From assembly GCA_964368305.1 (NCBI GenBank), contig CAYJAB010000001.1:28109-92108 (forward strand): a stretch of DNA of 64,000 bases. Reading direction: 5' to 3'. Below are positions 25,513 through 35,558 of this stretch, one piece after another. Under the pieces are notes generated by a model. It did no database searches. It worked only from the letters and a program-made list of their open reading frames with translations, and was not told the origin of the DNA. The translations under genes and the position numbers were made by a program. The DNA comes from an uncultured Erysipelotrichaceae bacterium. GTDB taxonomy: Bacteria > Bacillota_I > Bacilli_A > Erysipelotrichales > Erysipelotrichaceae. The stretch's first letter is position 1. Every line of letters starts with the position of its first letter.

Positions 25513-26082
25513 TTAATTCCCCTTCGGCAACACTTTATTTATAAACATCACCACGGTTGCTCCTAAAACACCTTCTAAAATAGACACTACAATAAAACTA
25601 CTTAAGAATATTAAAATACTTGTTTGTGTTTCAATTGCATTCATATCAACCAATGATTGGTATTGAATAATATACAATAAACCAATTACCATCATTGTAT
25701 GCAATAGTGTACATAAAATCATCCAAACCGTATTCAATACATTTCCATAGTTCATCTTCTTAAAAACACTACATCCATACCCTAACAATACTCCATAAAC
25801 CACTCTTGGAAGTACAGATATAATTGGATTTACAAACAACGGATCTGTAATTGCTTGTGGTCTAATCATAGCAATCACCATACTTGTGACTCCAAATGCA
25901 ATTCCAAGCATCAATCCACCTTTAACTCCATATCGATATGCCGCAATAAGTAGCGGAACATGAATAATCGTTAAAGAAACAACTCCCAGCGGGATATATC
26001 CTAAATAAGGAACCCACGCCATAACAACCACAATCGCAATCAATAAAGCCAATTCAACTAAACTTCTCGTTTTTTTATTCAT
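25513..26082 (-). CDS. ECF transporter S component (probably pantothenate-specific, PanT-like)
   Basis: ~189 aa, 5-6 TM ECF-S topology; start ATG 26082 with GGAGG RBS; 2 nt from coaX (operon) - substrate assignment by genomic context only. Confidence 0.55.
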   Translation of the reverse strand: MNKKTRSLVELALLIAIVVVMAWVPYLGYIPLGVVSLTIIHVPLLIAAYRYGVKGGLMLGIAFGVTSMVIAMIRPQAITDPLFVNPIISVLPRVVYGVLLGYGCSVFKKMNYGNVLNTVWMILCTLLHTMMVIGLLYIIQYQSLVDMNAIETQTSILIFLSSFIVVSILEGVLGATVVMFINKVLPKGN

Positions 26083-26125
26083 TTTTACCTCCATTCGGTC
26101 CATTAAGGTACCGATGTATAAAAAA

Positions 26126-26320
26126 TTAGTTTTTGTCTAAGTTAAATAAATATAAAAGCGCAAGACCCATTCCAATAAATAATCCTATTATCATAAATAT
26201 AGGTTTTGTACTTAATACACTATCTAAATAATACCCAACTCCAAACCCACTCATAAAACATGCGACCATCGTAAACGCAAGATTTAAAGCTTTTAAAATT
26301 GAGCGAAAATTCGAATTCAT
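26126..26320 (-). CDS. AtpZ-like small membrane protein (ATPase_gene1 family)
   Basis: 64 aa, 2 TM, GFGVGYYLDS...GLFIGMGLAL pattern as in alkaliphile AtpZ; directly follows upp. Confidence 0.45.
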   Translation of the reverse strand: MNSNFRSILKALNLAFTMVACFMSGFGVGYYLDSVLSTKPIFMIIGLFIGMGLALLYLFNLDKN

Positions 26321-26943
26321 TATTTTGTTCCGAAAATTCTGTCCCCAGCATCCCCAAGACCTGGTACAATGTATCCTTTTTCATTCAATTTTTCATCTAA
26401 TGCAGCCAAGTAAATATCTACATCTGGATGTGCTTCCTCAATCGCCTTTACCCCTTCTGGTGCACCAACTAGGCATACAAGTTTAATCCCTGATTTTACA
26501 CCTTTTGCCTTCACCATATCAATCGCTGCATTTGCGCTACCACCTGTTGCTAACATCGGGTCCAAAATCATTACAACAGAATCCGCAATATTTGATGGGT
26601 ATTTCGCAAAATATTCATGTGGTTGTAGTGTTTCTTCATCACGATAAAGCCCTACATGGCCCACTTTTGCTGTTGGAATTAAATCTGTAATCCCTTTAAC
26701 CATTCCAAGACCCGCTCTTAAAATAGGAACTAAAACGATATCTTTTGTTAATTCTTTCATCATACACTTTTGAATTGGTGTTTCAATTTCCACATCATGC
26801 TCAGGTAAGTCACGTGTGATTTCATAAGCCATTAATCCAGCAATCTCATCTAAGTTTTGTCTGAAATCCTTCGTCTTTGTGTCTACTTTACGCATATGCG
26901 TAAGTTTGTGTCTAATTAATGGATGATCTAATACTTTTAACAT
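26320..26943 (-). CDS. upp: uracil phosphoribosyltransferase
   Basis: [18 protein letters not shown] start, PRPP motif [11 protein letters not shown]. Confidence 0.9.
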   Translation of the reverse strand: MLKVLDHPLIRHKLTHMRKVDTKTKDFRQNLDEIAGLMAYEITRDLPEHDVEIETPIQKCMMKELTKDIVLVPILRAGLGMVKGITDLIPTAKVGHVGLYRDEETLQPHEYFAKYPSNIADSVVMILDPMLATGGSANAAIDMVKAKGVKSGIKLVCLVGAPEGVKAIEEAHPDVDIYLAALDEKLNEKGYIVPGLGDAGDRIFGTK

Positions 26944-26963
26944 TTTTATGTTCTCCTTTTTTA

Positions 26964-28187
26964 TTATATTTCAACCGTAAATTTTCGAGTTAAGTTTAAC
27001 ACTTCTTCTTTTACAGTTTCCAACGTTTCAATATCTTCATGATTTTTTAATACTTTACTAATCCATCTTGCAACTTGTCTAAATTCCTCTTCTTTAAATC
27101 CACGTGTTGTCATCGCAGGTGTCCCAATACGAATTCCACTTGTTGTGAATGGTTTTTCAGTGTCGAAAGGAATACTATTCTTATTGCAAGTAATGCATAC
27201 TTGATCTAATATTTTTTCACTTTCTTTTCCGGTTAGTCCACATCCTGATTTTACATCTACAAGAAGTAAATGATTATCTGTTTGAGAACTCACTATTCTA
27301 AATCCTTCTTTTTTAAACTCTTCTTCCATTGCTTTCGCATTTTTAACTACTTGTTTTTGATACGCAATAAATTCAGGTTGTAGTGCTTCATAAAAACACA
27401 CTGCTTTTCCAGCGATAATATGCATCAGTGGTCCACCTTGAATCCCAGGAAATACCGCTCTATCAATGATAGGTGCATACTCTTTTTTACAAAGAATCGC
27501 ACCACCTCTTGGTCCTCTTAATGTTTTATGTGTTGTAGTTGTTGTAAAATCTGCATATTCTATTGGTGATGGATGAAGTCCTGCCGCAACCAACCCTGCA
27601 ATATGTGCCATATCTACCATTAAATAAGCATTGACTTCATCCGCTATTTCACGCAATTTCTTAAAGTCGATTATACGTGAATATGCACTTGCACCTGCAA
27701 CAATCAATTTTGGTTGAACTTTTTTTGCTTGCTGTAAAACTGCATCATAATCAATTACTTCTGTTTTCGCATCTACACCATAGCTGTGAAATTCATATAA
27801 AATTCCAGAGAAACTCAATGGATGTCCATGTGTTAAATGTCCACCTGAACTTAAATCCATTCCTAACACTTTATCCCCTGGCTTTAAAACAGCCATATAA
27901 ACCGCCATATTGGCAGATGATCCACAGTGGGGTTGTACATTCGCATGCTGCGCACCATAAAGTTTGCACAGTCTTTCTATTGCGACTGTTTCAATTTCAT
28001 CTACAAATTCACATCCCCCATAATATCTTTTTTTAGGATATCCTTCTGCATATTTGTTTGTTAAGATACTTCCTACAGCTTCACATACTCCTTTTGAAGT
28101 ATAGTTTTCGCTTGCGATTAATTCGATATTATTTTGTTGTCTGTCCTTCTCTTTTTCAATGATTTGTTGAATTAGAATATCTTCCAT
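26964..28187 (-). CDS. glyA: serine hydroxymethyltransferase
   Basis: [12 protein letters not shown] Lys motif [14 protein letters not shown]. Confidence 0.95.
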   Translation of the reverse strand: MEDILIQQIIEKEKDRQQNNIELIASENYTSKGVCEAVGSILTNKYAEGYPKKRYYGGCEFVDEIETVAIERLCKLYGAQHANVQPHCGSSANMAVYMAVLKPGDKVLGMDLSSGGHLTHGHPLSFSGILYEFHSYGVDAKTEVIDYDAVLQQAKKVQPKLIVAGASAYSRIIDFKKLREIADEVNAYLMVDMAHIAGLVAAGLHPSPIEYADFTTTTTHKTLRGPRGGAILCKKEYAPIIDRAVFPGIQGGPLMHIIAGKAVCFYEALQPEFIAYQKQVVKNAKAMEEEFKKEGFRIVSSQTDNHLLLVDVKSGCGLTGKESEKILDQVCITCNKNSIPFDTEKPFTTSGIRIGTPAMTTRGFKEEEFRQVARWISKVLKNHEDIETLETVKEEVLNLTRKFTVEI

Positions 28188-28633
28188 TATTCCTTACCCT
28201 CAACTTCATTAATCTTACAAATTCTATTTATATGTCTTTGGTCATTACTAAACTCTGTATTTAACCACGTGTCCGCAATTTCTAACATTGTGCTTTCATC
28301 AATGACACGTGCACCCATCGCTAATACATTTGAGTCATTGTGTTGGCGAGTAACACTTGCTTCACTCACTCTATTCACAAGTGCGCAACGAATATTTTTT
28401 ACTTTATTCGCAACAATGCTTACACCGATTCCTGTTCCACATAATACAATCCCTTTATCGCATTGCTTATTTGCTACACTTACAGCACATGGATATGCAT
28501 AATCTGGATAATCCACACTATTTGGTGAATGACATCCAAAATCCTCTACTTCATATCCTTTGTCTAATAAATGTTTTTTTAATACTTCTTTATACGCATA
28601 CGCGCCATGATCACATGCAATCCCAATTTTCAT
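28187..28633 (-). CDS. rpiB: ribose-5-phosphate isomerase B
   Basis: [12 protein letters not shown]..., 148 aa RpiB/LacAB family. Confidence 0.85.
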   Translation of the reverse strand: MKIGIACDHGAYAYKEVLKKHLLDKGYEVEDFGCHSPNSVDYPDYAYPCAVSVANKQCDKGIVLCGTGIGVSIVANKVKNIRCALVNRVSEASVTRQHNDSNVLAMGARVIDESTMLEIADTWLNTEFSNDQRHINRICKINEVEGKE

Positions 28634-28634
28634 T

Positions 28635-29258
28635 TTAATTCTCCCTTATTGATTCTATTATTTCTTCTAATGTTATTTTACCTTGTCTTATTGTACTTAG
28701 TGTTTGTTTTGTGCAATCTATAATTGTACTTGGCATCATTGCACCACTCTCCCCAACTACAATCGCATCAATTCTACCATCTAATTGTTTTAAGACCTCA
28801 TCTGATGTCGTACAGCTTGGCTCTCCACTAATATTTGCACTTGGTACAAGAAGGGGTGCCTTTACTTGATTTATAATACTTAATACAAATTCATCATCCG
28901 GCATTCTAATTCCGATTGTTTTATATCCGTTTGTAACAATTTCATCCACACGGTCTTTTTTCTCAAAAATCATTGTGATTGCACCTGGCATCCATTTTTT
29001 TATTAATTGATATTCACGATACCCAATATTCGCAACCATTTCAATTTGATCTACATGGTTTACCATCATTGGAAATGGTTTTGTTTCAGGTCTTTGTTTT
29101 GCAATTTTCATTTTATTGATCGCATCAAAACGATCTGACTTTACAGCCAGTCCATATACTGTATCTGTTGGAAGCGCAACAATTCCACCTGCATTTAGTA
29201 TTTCTACTATTCTATTTATGTCTTTTTTTTCTAAGCGTTCAGTTTTCAATTTCATCAC
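28635..29258 (-). CDS. tsaC: L-threonylcarbamoyladenylate synthase (TsaC/YrdC/YwlC family)
   Basis: PTDTVYGL motif; 207 aa. Confidence 0.8.
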   Translation of the reverse strand: MMKLKTERLEKKDINRIVEILNAGGIVALPTDTVYGLAVKSDRFDAINKMKIAKQRPETKPFPMMVNHVDQIEMVANIGYREYQLIKKWMPGAITMIFEKKDRVDEIVTNGYKTIGIRMPDDEFVLSIINQVKAPLLVPSANISGEPSCTTSDEVLKQLDGRIDAIVVGESGAMMPSTIIDCTKQTLSTIRQGKITLEEIIESIREN

Positions 29259-29308
29259 CCTTTTTCTGTATAATATTTTATCATATTATAAGACAAAATT
29301 CATTTGTA

Positions 29309-29341
29309 ATAAAAAAAGATTAGTCATAAATGATTAATCTT
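29309..29341 (-). terminator. terminator overlapping prmC 3' end
   Basis: Stem AAGATTAGTCAT/ATGATTAATCTT (1 mismatch) + U7 on minus strand. Confidence 0.5.
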
Positions 29342-30197
29342 TCAGTTCAATATTAAAATATACAAATAACATACGATCATTTCCATAATAATCTTTTAGC
29401 ACTTTTGCTTTTTGATTTGGAAAATACTCCTTTACAATTCCCAATAAAACATCTTTTTGATCATATCCTATCTCAAAAGCCATAATTGCTTTCTCATTTA
29501 AGATTTTAGGACCATCTTCAAACACAGTATGATAATACTTTAATCCATCTTTTCCACCAAATAAGGCAAGATGTGGTTCAAATCCTACTACACTATGCTC
29601 AAGCACTTCTTCACTTGGAATATATGGTGGATTACATAATAAAATATCCACTTTGAGATTTGCTTCAATAAATGGTTTCACCATATCCCCAGTAAAAAAT
29701 GTAACATCCACTTCATTATTTTTTGCATTTTCTTTCGCAACTTCTACTGCTTCTGTACTAATATCACTTGCATACACTTGAAGTTTTGATTCTTCTGCTT
29801 TTAATGAAATCGCAATTGCACCACTTCCCGTACCAATATCAATTAAAGTTAGTTTTTCATGATCACTAAAATATGTATCTATATCCGCAAGTACATGTCC
29901 TACTAATTCTTCTGTTTCATTCCTAGGAATCAATACATCTTGATTTACTTTAAACTTTCGTCCATAAAACCAAGAATATCCCAAGATATGCGAAAGTGGT
30001 TCTTCTTTTTCAAGACGCGCTAGTGCTTGATTAAAACAAGACAATACCTCTTGTGGTACCTCTTCTTGATAAGAAGCATATAAATCTACATTGATATTTT
30101 GCGTCAGTTCTAACATCAGAAGTTTAGCATAATGCTCAACTTCAATTTTTTTCAATTTCTCTTCTGCATTTTTTACAACATCACGATACGTTGGCAT
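29334..30197 (-). CDS. prmC: release-factor glutamine N5-methyltransferase
   Basis: SAM motif DIGTGSGAIAI and NPPY; downstream of prfA. Confidence 0.85.
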   Translation of the reverse strand: MPTYRDVVKNAEEKLKKIEVEHYAKLLMLELTQNINVDLYASYQEEVPQEVLSCFNQALARLEKEEPLSHILGYSWFYGRKFKVNQDVLIPRNETEELVGHVLADIDTYFSDHEKLTLIDIGTGSGAIAISLKAEESKLQVYASDISTEAVEVAKENAKNNEVDVTFFTGDMVKPFIEANLKVDILLCNPPYIPSEEVLEHSVVGFEPHLALFGGKDGLKYYHTVFEDGPKILNEKAIMAFEIGYDQKDVLLGIVKEYFPNQKAKVLKDYYGNDRMLFVYFNIELKD

Positions 30198-30198
30198 T

Positions 30199-31272
30199 TT
30201 AAATTCCCGCTTGTAATTTTTGTTGTTGCTCTTTAGCGATTAATGCATCTACAACATCATCCATTTTTCCTTCCACAATACGATCTAATTGTGTAATTGT
30301 TAAGCCAATGCGATGATCTGTTACACGGTTTTGTGGGTAGTTATACGTACGTATTTTCTCAGAACGATCTCCTGTTCCGATTTTCAACATACGTTCTGCA
30401 CCTTTTTTCTCGTCTTCAATTCTTTGCATTTCTTCCATTACACGTGCTCTAATTAAACGCATTGCTGTTGCACGGTTGTCATGTTGAGAACGTCCATCTT
30501 GACAGTTAACAGATATTCCTGTTGGTTTATGTGTAATACGAACAGCACTGTCTGTCTTATTAACATGTTGCCCCCCTGCTCCACTTGCACGGTGTGTTTC
30601 AACTTCTAAATCTTGTGGATCAATTTCAATATCCGCTTCTTCTGCTTCCGCAAGTACAAGTACTGTTGCTGTTGAAGTGTGAATTCTTCCTTGTGTTTCT
30701 GTTTTTGGCACACGTTGAACTCTATGTGCACCTGATTCAAATTTTAAATGGCGGTAAACTTCATTTCCTTTTACAAAGAAACTAATTAAAGAATATCCTC
30801 CAGCTTCTGCTTCACTAGATTCCATTATTTCAATTTTCCATCCTTTTGTCTCTGCATATTTACTATACATACGATAAAGGTCTCCGGCAAAAATATTCCC
30901 CTCATCTCCACCTGCTGCTCCACGAATTTCTACGATACAATTGTGGTCATCATTAGGATCTTTTGGAATTAATAAAATCTCGATTTTTTCAAGTAAGGCA
31001 TCTAGTCTTGGTTTTAATTCTTCCAATTCCATTTTTGCCATTTCTTTTAATTCAGCATCATTTTCTTTTAATAATTGATTTGCTTCTTCAATATTGTTTG
31101 TAATCTCTAAATACTCATCATATGCTTCTTTTTGTTGACGTAAAGACGCTTGTTCTTTTGCATACTTTGCCATCAACTTTGAATCGCTATATACTTCTGG
31201 TGTAATTAATAAATCATTCAATTCATTATATCGATTTGACACCAATTCTAAACGACTAATCATCGCGCTCAT
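30199..31272 (-). CDS. prfA: peptide chain release factor 1
   Basis: GGQ motif [17 protein letters not shown], PxT tripeptide region. Confidence 0.95.
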   Translation of the reverse strand: MSAMISRLELVSNRYNELNDLLITPEVYSDSKLMAKYAKEQASLRQQKEAYDEYLEITNNIEEANQLLKENDAELKEMAKMELEELKPRLDALLEKIEILLIPKDPNDDHNCIVEIRGAAGGDEGNIFAGDLYRMYSKYAETKGWKIEIMESSEAEAGGYSLISFFVKGNEVYRHLKFESGAHRVQRVPKTETQGRIHTSTATVLVLAEAEEADIEIDPQDLEVETHRASGAGGQHVNKTDSAVRITHKPTGISVNCQDGRSQHDNRATAMRLIRARVMEEMQRIEDEKKGAERMLKIGTGDRSEKIRTYNYPQNRVTDHRIGLTITQLDRIVEGKMDDVVDALIAKEQQQKLQAGI

Positions 31273-31290
31273 ACTTCTACCTCCTATGTA

Positions 31291-31887
31291 TTATTTAATA
31301 ATCTTTGGTTTTTTCGCCACTTCATGGCAATGTCTACAACGTGCCTCATAGCTTTCACTTGCTCCAATCAATACAATTGGATCATAAAAACTTGCTGGTT
31401 TTCCATTTACGATACGTTGCGTTCTTGTAGCAGGTGCGCCACATTTTACACAAATCGCAGTTAACTTTGTCACAAACTCTGATGTTGTGATAAGCTCTGA
31501 CATCACCCCAAATGGCAACCCTCTAAAATCTGTATCTAATCCTGCTACCATTACACGAATTCCTTTAAGTGCTAAATGATCGCAAACTTGGACAATTTTA
31601 TCATCAAAAAATTGCACTTCATCAATCGCCACAACATTTGTTTCTTTTGTTATGTAGTCTAAGATATCAATCGCTTTTTCCACAACGATACTATCTACCG
31701 AACTTCCGGCATGCGAAACAACTTTTGTAATACTATATCTGTCATCCACCTCTGGTTTAAACACTAGAACATTTTTCTTCGCAAACTCTAACACTTTAAC
31801 TCTACGAATTAATTCTTCTGTTTTTCCTGCAAACATGCATCCTGCGACAACTTCAATATAACCTTCTTTATAACGATGATACATCAT
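31291..31887 (-). CDS. tdk: thymidine kinase
   Basis: P-loop GCMFAGKTEEL, C-terminal CxxC...CxxC zinc ribbon. Confidence 0.9.
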   Translation of the reverse strand: MMYHRYKEGYIEVVAGCMFAGKTEELIRRVKVLEFAKKNVLVFKPEVDDRYSITKVVSHAGSSVDSIVVEKAIDILDYITKETNVVAIDEVQFFDDKIVQVCDHLALKGIRVMVAGLDTDFRGLPFGVMSELITTSEFVTKLTAICVKCGAPATRTQRIVNGKPASFYDPIVLIGASESYEARCRHCHEVAKKPKIIK

Positions 31888-31948
31888 ACTTTTATTCTCC
31901 TCTTAAATTCATTTTATATTATACCAAATCAATGTAATATTAGAAACA

Positions 31949-31972
31949 TAAAAAAAGAGGTTTAACCCTCTA
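31949..31972 (-). terminator. weak terminator after rpmE
   Basis: Short GC stem AGAGG/CCTCT + U7 on minus strand. Confidence 0.35.
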
Positions 31973-31978
31973 ATTTTT

Positions 31979-32221
31979 CTATTCCTCTGTTTTTCCTGAG
32001 TATTTTCTGTTGAATTTTTCAATTCTACCTGCAGCAGCAGCGAAACGTTGTCTACCTGTATAGAATGGATGACAATTTGAACAAGTATCAATACGAATTT
32101 CGTTTGAAGTTGATCCTGATTCAAATACATTTCCACAAGATGTACAAGTTACGTTAATTGCTTTGTACTCTGGGTGAATTCCTGGTTTCATACTTTTATC
32201 TCCTTCCGCCTTATACCTCAT
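31979..32221 (-). CDS. rpmE: 50S ribosomal protein L31 (zinc-ribbon type A)
   Basis: MKPGIHPEY..., CTSC...CSNCHP; sigma-A promoter TTGCAA-18-TAGAAT at 32248-32277. Confidence 0.9.
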   Translation of the reverse strand: MRYKAEGDKSMKPGIHPEYKAINVTCTSCGNVFESGSTSNEIRIDTCSNCHPFYTGRQRFAAAAGRIEKFNRKYSGKTEE

Positions 32222-32306
32222 GTGGGTATAAAGTAAGTTTGCTTAGTTATTCTATCACAACAAATAAATAGTTGCAACCATTAAACACGATTAAATAGGC
32301 GTATAT

Positions 32307-32334
32307 TTAAAAAAGCACTTCAAATGAAGTGCTT
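32307..32334 (-). terminator. terminator after NCS2 permease gene
   Basis: 10-bp perfect stem AAGCACTTCA/TGAAGTGCTT + U-run. Confidence 0.7.
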
Positions 32335-32340
32335 CCTTTA

Positions 32341-33705
32341 TTAAATTGCTGTAGCAATAAAGTTAATGATAAATAAAATTGTTGCTCCCGCTAAAATTGG
32401 ATGAATTTCTTTTGTTTTACCTAAAACGATTTTTACTAAACAGTAGAAGAAGAAACCAGCAGCGATTCCTGTTGTAATACTATAAGATAAAACCATAATA
32501 ACTGCAGTAAAGAATGCAGGAATTGCATCTTCAAATTTTCCCCAACTAACTTCCGCAAACGCTGATACCATTAATACCCCAACTAAAATCAATGCTGGTG
32601 CTGTTGCAGCAGAAGGCACGATTCCAGCGATTGGTGCTAAAAGTGTACTTGCTAAGAACATAAATCCACATACGATTGCAGTAAGACCGGTTCTACCACC
32701 TGCTGCGATTCCTGCAGAACTTTCAACGAAAGTTGTAATATTTGATGTTCCTAAAATTGCACCTAACATTGTTCCGATAAAATCTACAAACAACGCTTTT
32801 TCAATTCTAGATTTCATTCCTGTACCATTTTGAAGTTCATCTTCTTCCTCTTGTGTGAAGATTCCAGATTTTTTACCTGTTCCGATGAATGTTCCGATTG
32901 TGTCAAATGTATCTGTTAAGCTAAATGCAAAAATTGTAATTAGGATGATTGGATATCTGCTTGAATCCGCAAGTAGACTACCAAGACCTTCACTTCCTAA
33001 AGCTTGACCAAATACAGTTTTTAAATCATTAAAACTTGCCGCAAATGCTTCAGTAGAAATAGAGACTGTACTTAAATCAACTACTCCCATTGGAATCCCA
33101 ATAACTGTAGTCACTAAAATACCAATTAAAATTGATCCTTTAACATTTTTTAACATTAAAATTGTAGTTACTACAAGACCAATTATTGTTAAGTTAATTA
33201 CTGGTGTATTAAACGCTGACATTGCAGGAACCCCTGCAGCGAAATTAATAATCCCTACATTACATAAACCAATATATGCGATAAATAAACCAATTCCCCC
33301 ACCAATTGCATTTTTTAATACATCTGGAATTGCTACTAATAATTGTTTTCTAACATTTGTAACTGTAATAATTAAAGCGATTACCCCACAAATAAATACC
33401 ATTGCCAATGCTTCTTGCCAAGTAAATCCAAGACCAAAGCATACTGTATATGTAAACATTGCGTTTAATCCCATACCTGGTGCTAATCCATAAGGCACAT
33501 TCGCAAATAACCCCATTAAGATTGTTGTTAATCCAGCGGCAATAACTGTTGCTAAAAAGACTGCTTGATAAGGAATCCCTGTTTGTGCCAACATACTTGG
33601 ATTGACAAACATAATGTATGCCATTGTAAAGAATGTTGTAATCCCTGCTAATACTTCTGTACTCACTGTCGTTTTAAACTCTTTTAATTTAAAAAACTTC
33701 TCCAT
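32341..33705 (-). CDS. NCS2-family purine permease (AzgA/PbuG-like guanine/hypoxanthine or adenine permease)
   Basis: 454 aa, N-terminus ...STEVLAGITTFFTMAYIMFVNPSMLAQTGIP typical AzgA; preceded by purine riboswitch. Confidence 0.8.
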   Translation of the reverse strand: MEKFFKLKEFKTTVSTEVLAGITTFFTMAYIMFVNPSMLAQTGIPYQAVFLATVIAAGLTTILMGLFANVPYGLAPGMGLNAMFTYTVCFGLGFTWQEALAMVFICGVIALIITVTNVRKQLLVAIPDVLKNAIGGGIGLFIAYIGLCNVGIINFAAGVPAMSAFNTPVINLTIIGLVVTTILMLKNVKGSILIGILVTTVIGIPMGVVDLSTVSISTEAFAASFNDLKTVFGQALGSEGLGSLLADSSRYPIILITIFAFSLTDTFDTIGTFIGTGKKSGIFTQEEEDELQNGTGMKSRIEKALFVDFIGTMLGAILGTSNITTFVESSAGIAAGGRTGLTAIVCGFMFLASTLLAPIAGIVPSAATAPALILVGVLMVSAFAEVSWGKFEDAIPAFFTAVIMVLSYSITTGIAAGFFFYCLVKIVLGKTKEIHPILAGATILFIINFIATAI

Positions 33706-33804
33706 TTTCTTTCCCTCTTTCTCTCTGTTTTCATATCAATCTATATTCGCAAAAAAGAAAAATAAAAAAAGTCCTTAGAGAACTTTTTAGTTTTTTATCT
33801 CTAA

Positions 33805-33876
33805 CGTCGATAGTTGAATCATTTACGGTGATTCAGTAGAAACTTCCCAGCCATATTATGGGAAATATATAGATGT
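33805..33876 (-). ncRNA. purine (guanine-type) riboswitch aptamer
   Basis: Minus strand: UAUAUUU-CCCA-UAAUAUGGC-UGGG-AAGUUUCUAC-UGAAUCA-CCGUAAAU-UGAUUCA-ACUAUCG. This gives P2 (CCCA/UGGG), exact J2/3 AAGUUUCUAC, L2 AUAUGG, P3 perfect 7 bp, L3 CCGUAAAU and J3/1 C (guanine/hypoxanthine specificity). An A/U-rich hairpin and U7 follow (expression platform, 33745-33800). Upstream promoter is TTGACT-17-TATACT (33895-33923). Confidence 0.8.
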
Positions 33877-33894
33877 AATATATAATACTTGTAA

Positions 33895-33923
33895 AGTATA
33901 ATTATATTCTCATTACAAGTCAA
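33895..33923 (-). promoter_or_regulatory. sigma-A promoter of riboswitch-NCS2 permease transcript
   Basis: -35 TTGACT (33918-33923), 17-nt spacer, -10 TATACT (33895-33900) on minus strand. Confidence 0.6.
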
Positions 33924-34046
33924 TAATAAATAAGCTTTTTTCACATGTTAATAAAAAAAATATGATTTCCTTTAATTGACTCTATTATCAATCAATTTTT
34001 TTTGATACAATTAATGTGATATGTAAAAATGAAAAGAGGTGCACAT

Positions 34047-35534
34047 ATGAATAACGTTTATTTTGATAATGATAAGTATTTAGCGTTACAAACTGAGAAG
34101 ATTTTAGAACGAATTGAATTATTCGACAATAAATTATATTTAGAATTCGGGGGGAAACTATTTGACGATAATCATGCATCTCGTGTCTTACCTGGTTTTT
34201 TACCTGATACTAAAATTAAAATGTTATCTCAACTTAAAGAGCATGTGGAGATTTTAATTACAATTAATGCACAAGATATTGAAAAAAATAAAATGCGTGG
34301 TGATATTGGAATTACATACGACCAAGAAGTTTTACGATTAATTGATGCTTATCGTGGTATTGATTTATATGTAGGTGGTGTTGTAATTGGACAATATTCT
34401 CAACAACCTTCTGCAGATGCATTTAAAAATAACTTACAAAAAATGGGTGTTCCTGTTTATTTACATTACCCAATTGTTGGCTATCCAACAAACTTAGATG
34501 CTGTAATTAGTGAGGAAGGATTTGGAAAAAACGATTATGTTAAAACAACACGTCCTTTAGTAATAAGTACAGCACCAGGTCCAGGATCTGGAAAGATGGC
34601 GACATGTTTAAGTCAACTTTACCATGACCATAAACACGGTATTAAATCTGGATATTCTAAATTTGAAACGTTCCCTATTTGGAATTTACCTTTAAAACAT
34701 CCTGTGAATTTAGCATATGAAGCTGCGACTGCAGACTTAAATGATATTAATATGATTGACCCATTCCATATGGAAGCGTATGGTGAAGTCGCAGTTAATT
34801 ATAACCGTGATGTTGAAGCCTTCCCTGTATTGAATGCAATGTTAAAATCAATTTTAAATGAATCTCCTTATAAATCACCAACAGATATGGGAGTTAATAT
34901 GGCTGGATTTTGTTTTATAGATGATGAAGGAATTAAACAAGCGAGCCGTCATGAAATCATTTATCGTTATTACAACACACTTGTATTGATTAGAAAAGGG
35001 CATTTAGATGAATCATGTGCTTCTAAAATTGAATTTTTAATGACACAAGCAGAAGCAACTATAGACCAAAGAAAAGCAATTGCTGCTGCAACTTTAAAGG
35101 CAGAAGAGACAAATGCTCCTGCTGTCGCAATTGAGCTTGAAGATGGAACAATTGTTACTGGTAAAACCTCTAAATTATTCGGTGCTTGTGCATCTTGTCT
35201 TTTAAACACATTAAAAGTACTTGCTAATATAAGTGACCGCTTCCCATTGATTTCTCATAAAGTAATTGAACCTATTCAAACTTTAAAAGTAGATATGCTT
35301 GGAAATAACAATCCTCGTTTACATTCTGATGAGATGTTGATTATGCTATCTGTTGCTGCAAGCACAAATCCTGCTGCAGAACTCGCCATTCAACAACTTA
35401 AAAATCTTAAAGGCGCAAGAGTTCATTCTACTGTAATTTTATCTTATGTGGATGAAGAAATATTTAAAAAACTTGGAATGACCGTTACAATGACACCGGT
35501 CTATCATACAAAAAAGTTATATCATAAAAAATAA
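34047..35534 (+). CDS. DUF1846 / UPF0371 family protein (conserved, function unknown)
   Basis: Start ATG 34047 (AAGAGG RBS); N-terminus ...YLALQTEKILERIELFDNKLYLEFGGKLFDDNHASRVLPGF is characteristic of UPF0371 proteins (~500 aa) of Firmicutes. Confidence 0.7.
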   Translation: MNNVYFDNDKYLALQTEKILERIELFDNKLYLEFGGKLFDDNHASRVLPGFLPDTKIKMLSQLKEHVEILITINAQDIEKNKMRGDIGITYDQEVLRLIDAYRGIDLYVGGVVIGQYSQQPSADAFKNNLQKMGVPVYLHYPIVGYPTNLDAVISEEGFGKNDYVKTTRPLVISTAPGPGSGKMATCLSQLYHDHKHGIKSGYSKFETFPIWNLPLKHPVNLAYEAATADLNDINMIDPFHMEAYGEVAVNYNRDVEAFPVLNAMLKSILNESPYKSPTDMGVNMAGFCFIDDEGIKQASRHEIIYRYYNTLVLIRKGHLDESCASKIEFLMTQAEATIDQRKAIAAATLKAEETNAPAVAIELEDGTIVTGKTSKLFGACASCLLNTLKVLANISDRFPLISHKVIEPIQTLKVDMLGNNNPRLHSDEMLIMLSVAASTNPAAELAIQQLKNLKGARVHSTVILSYVDEEIFKKLGMTVTMTPVYHTKKLYHKK

Positions 35535-35558
35535 AAAGCTGGAATTTCCAGCTTTTTT
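35533..35558. terminator. bidirectional terminator between DUF1846 gene and lemA
   Basis: AAAAAGCTGGAA-T-TTCCAGCTTTTTT perfect palindromic hairpin flanked by A/T runs. Confidence 0.75.

Noticed and set aside
31909-32136. 75-aa minus-strand ORF overlapping rpmE in another frame
   Set aside because: Overlaps the clearly conserved L31 reading frame (MKPGIHPEY...) and has no RBS or similarity
33745-33800. Assigning the riboswitch expression platform definitively as a transcription terminator
   Set aside because: Two alternative hairpins exist and the U7 tract is separated from the better stem by GGAC, so transcriptional versus translational control cannot be decided from sequence alone
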